The notes below the pieces were generated by a model. That model did not search any database. It was not told where the DNA came from and worked only from the letters and a program-made list of their open reading frames with translations. A program made the translations under genes and the position numbers. DNA of 64,000 nucleotides from Azolla caroliniana (lineage: Eukaryota; Plantae; Polypodiophyta). Location: NCBI GenBank assembly GCA_043228905.1, contig JBHGNT010000002.1:20770001-20834000 (forward strand). Direction: 5' to 3'. Every line of letters begins with the position of its first letter. The first letter of the stretch is position 1. Shown here in pieces: positions 1 through 13,559 of this stretch.

Positions 1-329
1 TGCATGAGATGCATGAGCGCCAAATGGCAAACATGCATCACATGCATTCCATGCATTGTATGCATGTCTTGTACCCTCACGTGTATCATATGCATGGGGA
101 CATCTATAAAAGAGTGGATGAAAAAAATCAAAAGGGGCGATGAATTAATCAAGAATTTAATAAGAAGAAAATTCATTATCCTATTGATGATATATCTTGT
201 TCTTCAAATCTAAAGTCAAGAGTTCAATCTTAATCTCTCTCTCCATTTCAATCTTTCTCAATCTGTTTCAAAATTGGAATCTTAATCTCAATCTCTCTCT
301 CTCAATCTATCGTAAATCCTTTCTCACTA

Positions 330-1108
330 AAGCTAGTGCAAACTTCGAATCCTTTTGGTCCAGGACCCCGGCGGTTCCGCCTCACGATCCGCTCGTAGTG
401 ACGGATTTTTCACAACATCGTGACAACAAAGGAGTTGTGAAGGGCCTCGGTAATAGACACGCCGATTGCAAAGGTCGAGGTGCACGGGACCAAACGAGTC
501 GAGGAGCACTAAACCGAAGGGGTCATGGGATGCATGTCCGGATTGGACGAGGAGCGCAAGCGAGGCGTCGGGACGCCAAGAGAGAAGGCGGGAGTGACGA
601 ACCAGCCAGAGTTGACACAATGAGACCTCAAGTTGAGCTTGAGGGGGAATGTTGAGAGACAAGCTCAACATGGGCCGAATCGGTTGAAGAAGCCGAGAGC
701 CGAATCGGTTGGAAGCCGATTGACTAGGCCCAAATCGGGTGAAGAATCTGAGAGCCAAGAGCCAAGAGCCGAGTCGAATGAAATATGAAAAGGTCGTTAG
801 GGGCCTATAATCCTATTATAGTAAATAGGAATATTATAGGTAGAATTATTGTCAGGCTCATTTATGAACATTCAAGTACTGATGATACTTGTGTCAGCCC
901 AATTGTTAGGGCTTGTATAAAAAGTGCTCATTGAGCACGGTGTATGTATAGAGTGTTCATTATTTGAAATTGAAGTATTGTTATCTGCTCTCTTTGTTTC
1001 TCTCTCACTGTGTATCATTCTTTGTGTTTACCTAACTGTCGAGTTCTGAACAATCGACTATGTACTCAGCGTTTATCGCACACACTTCTCCACACTAATA
1101 CTTTTACA
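330..1108 (+). mobile_element. 3' end of a Ty1/copia element: tail, PPT and 3' LTR (650-1108)
   Basis: PPT GAGGGGGAA at 641-649 is followed by TGTTGAGAGACAAGCTCAAC...CTTTTACA. Termini and upstream tail resemble the minus-strand LTR at 2044-2472. Confidence 0.7.
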
Positions 1109-1136
1109 CACCGAATATACAAGGTAGGTGGGGTTT

Positions 1137-2043
1137 CTACTGTGATTGTGGATGGATGGGGACATTAGCCACTTTTTGACCTACTTTCGTCGATTCGTCA
1201 TCGCACATTTTGTTAGAGAAGGGGTTTGGGAGTTTGTGCCCGAGGTAGGGTTTCATTCTGAACCCATTGACCCATTTTGGCATTACTTCTCCTACTAAAG
1301 TACCGAGTTGGTACATCCTGTTCAATCCATCCACAATCTAGAAGGGTCCAGTCCACCAGAACCATAGTTTACCCAGCATATTCCCGAGTCGAGTCTAGAA
1401 GACCAAAACCCTTTGCCGATACCAAAGGATTGCTCCATGCCTTTTTGGTTCTGGTCGACAAAGGCTTTCCGCCGACGTTGATCCTACTCAAGGTTGCTCA
1501 GGCTGGTGATCCTGGCTTCCCCGACCTCGAGAAGTTGCTCTAACCACTTCAATTTGGACTCGGATTCCAATAGGCGTTCGATTGTTTGAACTCGTAAGCT
1601 CGGTACTTGAAATTCCACTGGCATCACTACTTCCAAGATGAATGCTAATCGAAATGGGGTAGATTTAATACTAGTTTTGTAGGACATTTAGTAGGTCCAA
1701 AGCGCACTATGCAGTTTCTTATCCCAATAAGTTTGATTCGCATTCATGATTTTTTTCAATATATTCTAGATTGGCTTGTTCGTGGATTCGGCTAGCCCGT
1801 TCGTCTGAGGGTAATATGGCATGCTCTTCTTGTGAACGACAGCGTAGTGGGCCGTGAGTTCATGGACCAACTTGTTGATGAAGTGACCCCCTTGGTCACT
1901 TACTAGTTTGATTGGACCGTTGTATCTACACCAAACGTGTTTGTACACAATTTTGGTCGTGGATGCGGCTATGTTGTCCCGGAGAGCTTTAGCTTCGACC
2001 CATTTGGTGCAGTAGTCGGTCACAACGATGATATATTGATTTT
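1137..2043 (-). pseudogene. Ty3/gypsy integrase remnant
   Basis: Motifs TDYCTKWVEAKAL, VSDQGGHF, YYPQTNGLAESTNK and NGFRMKPY; closely similar to the integrase at 46611-47924; broken by stops and interrupted at 2043 by a copia LTR. Confidence 0.85.
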
Positions 2044-5000
2044 TGTAAAAGTTAAGACAAACCGACTCAGCCAGATAGCAATAGAGAATAAGCGCAGGTT
2101 TAATGGAAGCTTCAAAACACACAAAGAATACACGAGAGTGATAGAGACAGCAGAACAACATAAACTCAATTTCAACAATAACACTCTATAGTACATACAA
2201 TTTTCCTACATAACACTTTTTATACACATGTGTAATGGATTGACAAGTACTTCAATGCTCACACAAGCGACTGACACTAACTCCAAGGAGTATGCTTACA
2301 TACTAGGCGAAGATTGTAGGCCTGTAACGGCCTACCGGTTACAGTCCAATCCGGCTCTTCGTTCCAGATACCGATCCGGATACCTATCCAGTTCTCCGTT
2401 CTGGATACTGATTCGGCTCCGTCTGCGGCTTATTCAGCCGATCTGGATCTAGTTGAGCTTGTCCTCTCAACACTCCCCCTCAAGCTCAACTTGAGGTTGG
2501 ATCGCTATGTCACTGTCTGCCGAGCCTTGAAGTCAGCTTCTTCTGGCGTCTTCTCGCCTTGCTTGTGCTCCTCGACCCATCCGGTTTCGGTTTCCACGAC
2601 CCGTCCGATCTCGCACACCTCGACCTTCTCGGTTGGCTTGTCTCCTCATAAGGCACATCTCAGCTCCTTCGATGTTGCGACTCTTGCGTTTCTTGACCCA
2701 TAGGTTCCTCCGTGTTGGTGTCGACTTCCGTTGCCTCCTTGTCCGCTTGGCCTTGAGTTGATTCGGCTCCTCCGAATTTAACACCTCTTCTGAATCGAGT
2801 ACTTCCGATTCGTTCCGGCTCTCGTCAGAATTGGTTGACTCCAATTCGTCCTCAACCTTCAAGCCCTTTACCACATCAGACCATGTCCGGGTCTTGGCCT
2901 TCGTTTTCCGGTCGTCTCTGTCCTTCTTGACTCTGCCACTGTCGCCGTTTGTTCTGACTTCTTCGGATGTGTCGAGTTCTTCAGTCGACTCAACTCCCTT
3001 TTTCTTCTTGTCTCCACTTGTTTTGGTTTTCTTCTCTCCGGCTCCTTGTGTGGTGCCATTACCTACCTTTCCGGTTTCTGATCCGGTTCTCCCCGTATCA
3101 GTACCGGTTCTCCCCCTCAAGTGTAGCATGTCAAGATGCCGAAGACCAAGCATCTCCGAAAAATATTGCAACTTGTCGGTTCCATGGGCCTTCGTGAAAA
3201 TGTCGGCAACGTACTGATCCGTTCGAACATACTGGACTTCGACTTCACCGGTTAAGACCCGCTCGCACACAAAGTGGTAGTGCACTTCGATGTGCTTTGT
3301 CCGAGCATGGAACACAAGGTTTTTGGAAATATATCAGGATCAGAGTCGGTACTTCGATCCAGAGGTCTTGCAGTAGCCGTCAAAGCTAGATGGATTCACA
3401 AGTGGCAACGGTAGCGCCCTGATACTCAACCTTAGTGCTCGATAGAGCCACAGTCGGCTGCTTTTTGCTGCTCCACGCAACAACTACGCTACCTAGATAG
3501 AACATGTAACTGGAAGTGAACCGACGATCTAACGCATCACCGGCCCAGTTGGCATCCGTATATCCGACTAGCTTTTCGGTTATAGCGTGTCAGTATAGCA
3601 TACCCTGGTCCTTAATGCCGCTAACATACCTCAGTATTTGGTGCATGCACTGAAGGTGCTCCACGGTCGGCTTCTACATAACAATTTGTCAGAACCATTT
3701 CTCGTTGCAGGTCAGTCCGGAGTCGGGACAAGGCTTTAGGTTCCGTTCCAGGGGTGTGGATAATGGTCGGCAATCCATCATGCCGAACTTGTACAACATA
3801 TTTAACACATAGTGTCATTGTGAGAGCAGTATGTCATCAGGGGTATGGATCACTTTGATCCCGAGGTCCTTCATTTCGAATGCATCCGACAATTGGGACT
3901 TCACTCGACCGATTTCAATGAGGTCAGGCCTAGTAGCAACCAAGTCGTCGACGTACAATAAAATACATATCGGACCTTCAAGATCTTTTCGGATGAACAA
4001 CAAAGAGTCGAACTTTGAGGTTGCAAACCCCGTCTTACGCAACCATTATGTGATTTTCGAATTCCAAGCTTGGGGGGCTTGCTTCTGGCCATAAAGCAAC
4101 ATCTTGAGTCGGCACACTACCGACTTCTTCATCTCCAACTGAAATCTAGGGAGTTGGATCATGTAGACTTGTTCTTCAAGGTCTCCTTGAAGAAATGCAT
4201 TCTTCACATCCATCTGATGAAGATGCCACCCCCGTGCCACAACAACTGCCAGCACCACACGAACCATTGTCATCTTCGCTACCGGAGTGAAGGTCTCGTC
4301 GTAGTCGATTCTGTGGGTCTGCGCGTATCCTTTGGCCACTAATCGAGCCTTATACTGGTTGACCGAACCGCCGGCATTGTACTTTACCTTGTACACGCAC
4401 TTGCAACCGATCTGTTTGCAATGTCGGGGAGGATCAACTAGGTTCCAGTTGTCGTTGGCATCGAGTGCCCGCATCTCTTCCTCCATAGCGGCACACCAAT
4501 GCGTGTCCTTTGCCGCATCTGCGTAGCTCTCTAGCTCACGCACTTCCGCCACTTTTGTCATGTACACATAGTGATGCACCATGTACTCATTGTACCCATA
4601 CCATTTGACCAGGTTCTTTTGGTGGGTCGATTGGTGTAACTTCTCATTACCCAATTTTAAGGCCCACTTGGCCGACTCGGACTTCATAACCGAAGGTCTA
4701 TCTTCGTTCCTTCCAGAGTCAGACTCACTCTAATTCAACTCTTCCCTGCCGGTGTCGTATTCCGACATCTTCTTCTTCCCTTTTTCTTTGTGCGTGAACC
4801 CTCTCCTCGATTCCTTACGCGGAGAAAGCACAACTGAGTCTCCACTACTCACTTGCTCTTCATCTAAACTAGCCAATCAGACTCGGTCGCTCATTCAGCC
4901 TGCTTAGCTAGAATGAGATCGGACTCTCATCTAGAGTACCAAAGTCTTCTTCTTCTTCAACCCAGATCATTTCCGGCTCACTGGACTCATCTTTCGGAAT

Positions 5001-5783
5001 CGGTTCGGGAGTTGGGGATCAGAGTTGGTAGAGTGTACCATGATGCCGACTCATCAAATTCGACATCTCGGCTTACTCGAACTTGTTTTGTTCGGGGGTT
5101 ATAATAGTTATAACCCTTTTGTTTGTGTAAGTAGCCAACTAGTATGCACTTCTCCCACTTTGGATCCAGCTTTCTTCACTTCTCATCCGACACATGCACA
5201 TAGGCAATGCTACCGAATATCCTAAGGTGCCTTAAATTCGGCTTCCACCTGAAATACAACTCGCGTGCTGACAACTTATCCCCGATCCAGTTTTGGATGT
5301 AAACGGCCGTCCGGACTGCCTCAACCCAGTAGAACTTGGGCATGCTCTTCTCCTTTGGCATTGCCCTTGCCGCGTCGACAATCGACCAGTTCTTTCTTTC
5401 GGCCACATTGTTTTGCTTCGGTGTGTATCTACAACTGAATTCCCTCTGAATTCCTTTCTGCTGTAGATAGCTGTTGAATTGGCCGGAAAAGTATTCTTTT
5501 CTGCCATCCGACCGCAGGCACTTGATCTTTCTCTCCATTTCCCATTTGACAAGGCTTTGTAGGTTCCGGAAATAGTCGAAGACTTCGCTTTTCTTCTCAA
5601 TCAAATAGATCCAAGTGTGTTGGTTGTAGTCATCAATGGAGGAGAATAAATATTGACTCCCGCCAAGACTAACATTCGGTGCCGGTCCCCATACATCCGA
5701 ATGTATCAAGTCGAGCTTGTGATGGCTCCAATTTCTCTACATGGGGAACAGGAGCCAGTGTTGCTTCCCGAGCTGCCAGGCTT
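2044..5783 (-). mobile_element. Degenerate Ty1/copia element (INT-RT-RH, PPT, 3' LTR 2044-2472), cut by the gap
   Basis: IHSDVWGP integrase (5176-5709), RT motifs YKARLVAKG, HQMDVKNAFL and LYVDDL, and RH motif HARTKHIEVHYHF. PPT TTGAGGGGGAG abuts the LTR TG...CA. Confidence 0.92.
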
Positions 5784-5883
5784 NNNNNNNNNNNNNNNNN
5801 NNNNNNNNNNNNNNNNNNNNNNNNNNNNNNNNNNNNNNNNNNNNNNNNNNNNNNNNNNNNNNNNNNNNNNNNNNNNNNNNNNN
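5784..5883. other. Assembly gap (100 N)
   Basis: Run of N. Confidence 0.99.
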
Positions 5884-8742
5884 ATACATGTCCCTCCGGA
5901 TGAGAACTGAACGAGCCAGATTGGACGGGATGAAGGAAGGAACCGCATCGGTTGGATCCGGTATGAACCAGTCCAGCAAATAGAAACATTTTAGTAAATA
6001 TGTTCAGATGCAACCGTTGAGGTCATATATGTAAATAGCCCCATAGTTATATAAGTATAAATATAACTAGGACAACAGTGTTCGTAGTCATTATCATGGT
6101 AGTTGTTCGTAGAGTATCATTATACAAAGAGGGAGACCGAGAGAGAGAGAGAGAGAGAGAGATAGAAAGTTGTTTCTGTCTGTAACCGCCGGTTGGTGAA
6201 GACAAATAACTCAAGGTCGTTGTCTTTGAGACTCTTACTGTAATACCTCCTCTCTATAGTGATCCTGTTCGGAGTTCCAAGAGCTCCCGTGGTTTTTTCC
6301 CAATTAGGGTTGTCCACGTTAAAATTTGGTGTCGTCTTATTTCTGTTTTCTATTTTCTTCCATTGAGTGAGTGAGACTCGATTGTGGCCGAGCACTATTC
6401 TGCTCAATCTAGTATCAGAGCATGGAAGATCCATTCGGCAGCATGTTCAAGCTCACCGGCTCCAACTACTCTGTATGGAAGTCGAAGATTAGGGACATGT
6501 TGGTGGTCAAATATCTCTGGTTGCCAGTATAGTTTGGAGATGCAAAACCAGACAAAATAGATGCGCCAACATGGGAGGTGAGGTACATGAAGACAACAAC
6601 CTATATTCGATGCTTCATTGATATGAGCCTATACAACAACTTCAATGAAGAGAGTAAGGCTCATGAACTCTGGGAGAATATAGGAATCATGTTTCAAAAA
6701 AAGAATGTTGTGAATCGGGTCTCAGTATTCCGAAATTTAGTGAGACTCCAATACCAAGACGGCTCCAGTATGGCGGAGCACATGAATGCCTTCCAGGGGC
6801 TTATAAATCAAACAACCTCGTTGGAAGTACCTCTAGCCGACGAGGTACTCGCGTTGTTGTTGCTCAGTTCCCTCCCGGATAGTTGGGAGACGTTGGTTGG
6901 CACTTTGGGCATTGTTGGGCCGGAAGGAAAACACATATCCTTAGCAAGGGTAAAATCAAGCTTGCTGGATGAAGAAGTTCGCCGGAAGGACTGGGAGTCC
7001 GGGAAGGCCTTGGTTACGGAAGACGACCATAATTGGGGAAAAGGCCGGAATCGGAGTCCCCAAAACTAGGACAAATCGGGGACGAGGTCGAAGTCAAGGG
7101 GGAAGCCTACGTGCTTCTATTGTGGGAAGCTTGGGCACTTCTAGAAGAATTGCCGACATTTCTGGAAGGAGAAAGGAACCGACAATGCCGACTCGAAGAA
7201 GGGTCCGAACCGGAGGAGTTTGGATCAGAAAGGAACATTGGCAATCGTGACAAGTGAAGAAAAATTGTTGGTCATCAACAAGGAAAATGAGTTGCACCTT
7301 GTCAGCGACGAAACGACGTCGGTGGTCGACTCCGGAGTCTCGTTCCATCTTACTCCCGATCGGAAATGCTTCACATCCTACAGAGTCGGAGATCACGATT
7401 GTGTCTGTATGGGGAAAGAATGTGCATGTCAAATTGTCAGCATAAGAGACGTGTGGCTGACAACGTCAATCGGGTGCAAGTTATTGCTAAAAGACGTCTG
7501 ACACGTTCCGGAGGTCCGGTTGAACCTGATATCAACCAGTCAGCTAGATAATGAAGGCTACATGGGTAGCATCCGTAACGGAATCATGAAGTTCAGCAAA
7601 AGAAGCTTGATAGTGGCCAGAGCCTAGAAGATCAACACAATGTACCTGATGCATGCCCGGATATGCCAGGAAGAAGTGAACGTGGCATCTGACAATACCA
7701 GTGAATTGTGACACAAAAGGTTCTGTCACATGAGCCAGAAAGGGATGTGTAGACTTGCCGAGGACAACCTCATTCCGGAGGTGAAAGATTTGCAGCTTCA
7801 GAAGTGCACCGACTGTTAGGCCGACCACCGACGAGATGGAATGCACCACTGGAACTTGTGCATACCGATGTATGCCAGGTGGGCACGAAGTCACATGCCG
7901 AATCGCAGTACTTCGTGATGTTCATAGATGACTACAACCGGAAGTTGTGGGTCTCACCGCTAAAGAGAAAGGATCAGGTGCCAACCATCTTCAAGGAATT
8001 CCACGCGAGAGTGGAAAGGGAAATCGGTCAGAAACTGAAGCCGTTTTGAGCGGACAATGGAGGCAAAGACCGGAGGCAGTTCGAGGAGTACTATCGGTTG
8101 AAGGGAATCCGACTCAAATTCAACGTGCCAAAGACACCGGACCTAAACGGATTGGCCGAAAGGATGAACCGAACCGTAATGGAGAGAGTCTGGAGTATGT
8201 TGGCACATGCCAAGTTACACAAGATGTTTTGGGTTGAGGCGTTGATGATAGCGACATATGTGATAAATAGATCCGGAAACCGGATTGGATGGATGCGAAA
8301 GGAGTTCGGCTGGATCCGGTATGAACCAGCAAATAGGAAAATATTAGTAAATATGTTCAAACGTGACCATTGAGGTCATATTTGTAAATAGCCCCAACTT
8401 TTTATAAGTATAAATTTAACTAGGGCAACACTGTTCGTAGTGATTATCATTGTAGTTGTTCGTAGAGTATCATTGTACAGAGAGAGAGACCGAGAGAGAG
8501 AGAGATACAAAAAGTTGTTTTTGTCTGTAACCGTTGGTTGGCGAAGACAAAGAGCTCGAGGTCGTTGCCTCTGAGACTCTCATTGTAATACCTCCTCTCT
8601 ATAGTGATCCTGTTCAAAGTTCCGAGAACTCCTGTGGTTTTTTCCTAGTTAGGGTTTTCCACGTTAAAATTCTGTGTCGTCTTATCTCTATTTTCTATTT
8701 GCTTCCATTGAGTGAGTGAGACTCGGTTGTGGCCGAGCACTA
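5884..8742 (+). mobile_element. Internally deleted Ty1/copia element (5' LTR, PBS, gag-PR-INT, 3' LTR; RT/RH missing)
   Basis: Direct repeats at about 5920-6400 and 8275-8742. Met-type PBS TAGTATCAGAGC at 6410-6421, gag ATG at 6422 (MEDPFGSMFKLTGSNY), knuckle CFYCGKLGH, protease VDSGVSFH, integrase VHTDVC...NGLAERMNRT. The integrase runs directly into the LTR at about 8270. Confidence 0.9.
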
Positions 8743-8745
8743 GTT

Positions 8746-11700
8746 CGTTAGAATATGGTTACTATTCCGCTCTGAAGGCGATGGTTGAAGAAGAAGAGAG
8801 ATCCGGCAAATGGAAGGATTCCGAAGACTCAAAGCTAGTCGGCCTTCCAGACAAGGCGGACATGGCCTAGGCAGAGGCCGAAGAATGGTACCATGGTACC
8901 ATGAGAGAGGGTGTGGAACGAGACGCCCTCTCGACTTGCGAAGAAAGACCAGCCAAGGAGGAGGTCGGGAGTGGAGAAGAGCCATCCACGCGGATTCCGG
9001 AGACTCCGGCAGTCGAGCCCATGTGCCGACATAAGACCGGAGAGATGGATGGCGCCAGCGAGGAGTCCTGGCACGATGCCAGCGAAGATGGATGGGAAAC
9101 GGCCTGTGAGGAGGTCGAGGACGGAGCTGCGGTAGAGAAAGAGGAAATGAGAGCCAACGCCGAGGGGAGCGGAATCGGAAGTCGACCCGACCGGGGATCG
9201 AACTGGTCGGCATTCTGATTCGGTTGGAGCACGATCTGGATGTGGATTATTTGACCGAAACTGGCCCGAGACACGGAAGACAAGGGAGAGGCAATAGAGT
9301 CGATCAATAGGGGCCAGGTTCGGTATAAAGGTGCCGATACGAGAGAGGGTGCGGGACGAGCCACACTCTTTTACATGGGGAGAAAGACCGACCGAGCGAA
9401 GGTCGGGAATCAGGAAGAAGATGATCGAGAGTACAAAACGAGTCTGGCGGGATCAGCATCGGAGCCGAAACTCCGGACATTGGAGAATCAAGCCCAGGCG
9501 GGCTTGATCGATCATAGAGCAGATGCTTTCCACCGACACCACTAAAAGGGTCCGTGGCCTTGGACGAGTCGTCGGGAGTCGTTTCGGAATCGATATCCCC
9601 ACATCTCATCCGGAGATTCCGGCAACCGGCCCAAGAGCCGATGTGACACCTAGAGAGATGGGAGATGGAGGCGGGAGCACAACAAGGAGGTCGACGACGA
9701 GTTCGAGAGAAGTACATCGGAAGCAGTGAAACGAAGATTGGTCCTATGGGTCACCTCAAACCAGGTTAGAGACTTCGGCAGTCGGCATCAGATCCGATGT
9801 AAGACCAAGATACTGACGATGGCGGCAGGAGAATGGGATCTGGTGATGCAGAGAGATATCGGACGAGCCCGGATGAGAATCGGGAGAGCGGACTTCCGGA
9901 TAACCGATCCGGAAGGGAGGAGGAAACAGGCCTACGAAGAGGCCGGATCACGGTACATCGGTACCACGGGAGAGGGTGTAGAGTAAACCACCCTCTCGGC
10001 ATGCGAAGAAGGACGACTTGGGATAGGGTCGGGAAGACAAATTGAGGGCATGAGGAGGATCCTTCACACTGGATCTAGAGACTTCAGCGGTCGGCAACGA
10101 GGTCGACAAAGGACCAAGATACTGAGGTGGCGGGGAGGGGACGAGGGCGAAAACGGCAAAGGGGAGGTCCCACGGAGACATTCACACTGATCCGGAGACT
10201 CCGGCAACCGGCGTGAGACCTAGAGAGATGGACGGTGGCGGCATGAGAATGTGATCGGACAACGGAAAGCGGAACGCGGAGTGAAAAGAGATATGAGGCT
10301 AGCGAGGCGGCCAAGAACCATATACGGACCCGACCGACAGAGTCGGCAAGACAAAGATTGGGCGCGCTTGGTACACGAGTTGGTGACCCAACAAATCGGA
10401 GGCCTAAGAAGGATCCTTCACACTTGTCCAGAGACCCCGGTAGTTCGGCCGACATGGCAACATGAGACCGAGGGTAATGGAAGGTGGCGGCAAGGGGACG
10501 ATGGCGGCAACAACCGAAGCACCGAATAGCCGAGGCGTCACGTGAACAAAGGAGGCCATGGGGGCTGGAACACGGCAAGGGTGATCTTTCAGTAAGTTGT
10601 TGGGGACACCCGATCAAGGACCGGTGTGCTGAGCCAGAAAGGGCACACCCGAAAGCGGATCAAAAGACGTGTGTGTGGCCATCGAGGGCCAAAATAAGGC
10701 ACGGCGACGTTCGGCATAAGCGATGCCAAACAAGGAAGGCGGAAGACGGCACATGACGATGTTGGGAACGAGAGCACGGGCACATAACAAACTACATGGA
10801 TTGGAGATCGGAAACAGGTCGAGGGCCGAAGAAGGATCCTCCACACCCGCTTCGGAGATCTCGGCGGCTCAGTCGGAGTGGCAAGCCAAACCCGAGGTAA
10901 CAAGCTGGTGGGGGCGAGGGGACGACGCCAACCAGAAGGCTCCGAACCGGTGGCAGCAACGCAAGACGAAAGTGGCCAAGAGGGCTACTACGAGGTGTTC
11001 CTCGAACTTGGAGGACACTGGTATGCGGAGAAGCGGTGATGCACGATCTGGCCGACTGAAAGCCGACAACACGTGCATGGGAAGTAACCGGAGTTCGGCA
11101 CGGGCAATGCCGAGCACAAGAAGGGGATGCGCGGCACACGAAGGTGCCTAAGCGGGAATACAAGCGTGGACATGGGTTGCCGGTCTAGGTGATCTCGCGT
11201 AGAAGGCCAGAGAGGGATCCTCCACACTGGTTCCGGAGACCTTGGTAGTTTGGCCGTCGTGGCAACGTAAGACCAAGGAGAAGGTAGGTGGTGGCGAGGG
11301 GACAAAGGCGATGGAGATCAGCACAGAACGATAATCAGGACGACGCGAAGGTCAACGGAGGCCAAGCGGGCCATCACAGGTGCTCCTCTGACGGAGGACA
11401 CTGCGTATCCGAAGGAACGAGAAGAGTACATGCAGTCGAAAGAAGGGCCAACGGGGAAGCATGCACACTACGGGATCGTAGTGAATGACCTATCAACGGG
11501 TCGAACGAGCCTACGGGGAGGCAAACGCGGAGAAGGAACCGGAGCTGACGGTTCGGACCGGCGAGGCCAACACGGCAGCCGGAATGCGGATTACAGAAGA
11601 CCAGTTTCTCACCGGCCGGAATCTCACACCCTTCCCCGAATTTGGCATGTACCGGTGGACGTGCGGTTTGGTGGGGGCGGATGTCATGAAGATTTCCGAC

Positions 11701-11839
11701 TATGGTGTGAAACCAAGATGAACTGGGCAAGTCGGCGGTGTGCAACATGTGCACATGTACAATGTAAAATAGTGGTTAGAGATAAAATGGGAGTATTTAT
11801 CCCACATTGTAATGTCCCTCCCTCCTTGGGCTATAAACA
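8746..11839 (-). mobile_element. GC-rich unclassified insertion with diverged internal repeats (possible long LTR or non-coding part of a retroelement)
   Basis: It interrupts the copia gag knuckle at 11839 and begins TGTTTATAG on the minus strand. A recurrent motif GGATCCTYCACACTGGWTCCGGAGAC is present; no recognisable protein and no TSD. Confidence 0.4.
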
Positions 11840-13072
11840 CAATAGAAGCATGCCAATTTGCCTCTGGACTTGCACCTAGCTTAGGACTTGTCCCTTCTTT
11901 GTGGACTTCTTTGCCGGTTCCTTCCTCTGTTGGTATGTTGAGTCAAGTTTGACTCTGACTAGGATAGGACACACTTGTCTCTTCGTTCAAGATGCTTGTC
12001 TTTACCGTTTGTAGAGACAAGTTCTCTTCTTGACAGGAGGTGCTGAGAGTCACCACTAGATTCTCCCAGCTATTCGGAAGGGTACACAATAAGAGGATGG
12101 CTTGCATTGCATCCTCAAGGGGAAACTTGGTTGCAACAAGTTGGTTTACATACCCCATGAATGTGCTTAGATGTTCCACTATGCTTTCTTCGTCCCTTTA
12201 TTTTAGCCTCGTGATCTTTCTCATTAGAGATGTTTTGTTGAGGGCATTCTTCCTCTCATATAGACCTGAGAGCTTCTACCACATCTCATATCGGTCTTTG
12301 ACTATAAGAAGGTCTTCCATCTTTATCTTCCAGTCTGCCTAGTTCTGAGAGTTTAGAACTATCATACCTGGGAAGCCACTCACACCTCCTTCCAAGCTTG
12401 CACCTCAAGCTCTGATACCAATTTGTTGAAATAGGATCGTAGATCTACAAATAGAACACGCTGAAACATACAGGCGAAAGATGCAAAACAACAAAGTACA
12501 CAATGATACACACAGTTTTATGTGGAAACCCTAAACTAGGAAAACCAAGGAGAACAGAGATCCACTATACAAGAGAATATAGAAAACGGTTACAAATCTT
12601 CTCTGATGATCTTAGAGGATAACCCACTTAGGGTTCTTAGCATGTTTGCTGAACTTTGCCGCCGCTCTCTCTCACTCGCGCACTCTCTCCTCTCTGTCGC
12701 ATACAATATTCGACAGAGGTTCACAACTCTATCTATTCTGCACACACCTATTACGTTTTCCCTAAGTGTATTTATAATTATACACTATATAGGGTATTTA
12801 CAAATGTAGCCCCTACTACTATCTTCCTATTACTATACTTATAATAGTAACAGTTAATCAACCAACTCGTCAACTAGTCAATTCGACTAGCCGACTCCTG
12901 TGTCGACTGTCCAGTTGGCTTGACTAGTCGATCGTGTCTTCGACTTGGATCACATCAGCAACACTGTCGACTCACCTTCTCGACTCTCTCTCAATCGACT
13001 CCCCATGTCTTCGATCGTCGGCTCTTCGCCCGACCAATTGACTACTCCCATAGGAGGGACATATTCCAAACA
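11840..13072 (-). mobile_element. 5' part of a Ty1/copia element (LTR 12424-13072, PBS, gag)
   Basis: PBS TGGTATCAGAGC (reverse complement at 12409-12420) next to an LTR with TG...CA ends; gag LLLCTLPNSWENLVVTL; knuckle ACFYC truncated. Confidence 0.85.
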
Positions 13073-13559
13073 TATCCAAAGAATGATTTCACTTCCAAAT
13101 TGATCTAAATGGGGTGAGTGATAAGTATAAATTTGAATGCCTTCAACATCATTGCATGCATGTGTGTCATGGACTGCAAACGGCTCTTGCCACTCTACAA
13201 TATCTTACTCCATTTGTCTCTCCCTTTACAAAATTTGCCTTCATGATTTCTCTATTATGCGTCTCTCACTAGAGTTTGTAGAGAGAGAGAGAAGCATATA
13301 GGTAGAGACTATAGAAGGGTATTTTGGAAAGTACAAGAGGTATAATGCAAATGTTGTGAAAAGATGGGTGTATTTTAGAAATAGAGAGAGAGAGAGAGCT
13401 TAGATGGTGTGTAAACTCAACGTCATCTAAGAGAGAAAGCAAGCACGATAAGTTTTATTATGTCCATTCCTAAAGGGAGGGCAAAGTAACTAAGAAGAGG
13501 CGGGCGACTAGTGGGTAAACAACATTTGACTCTTCTTCTTCAAGTTATTCTCTCTTTGT

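Noticed and set aside
1-100. CATGCA-rich cluster resembling RY elements
   Set aside because: At the window edge, in TE context, with no linked gene.
5653-6013. ORFs containing X runs
   Set aside because: Artefacts of the 100-N gap.
8740-11879. Many overlapping 60-180 aa ORFs on both strands
   Set aside because: Expected from high GC content; no domain motifs or consistent frame.
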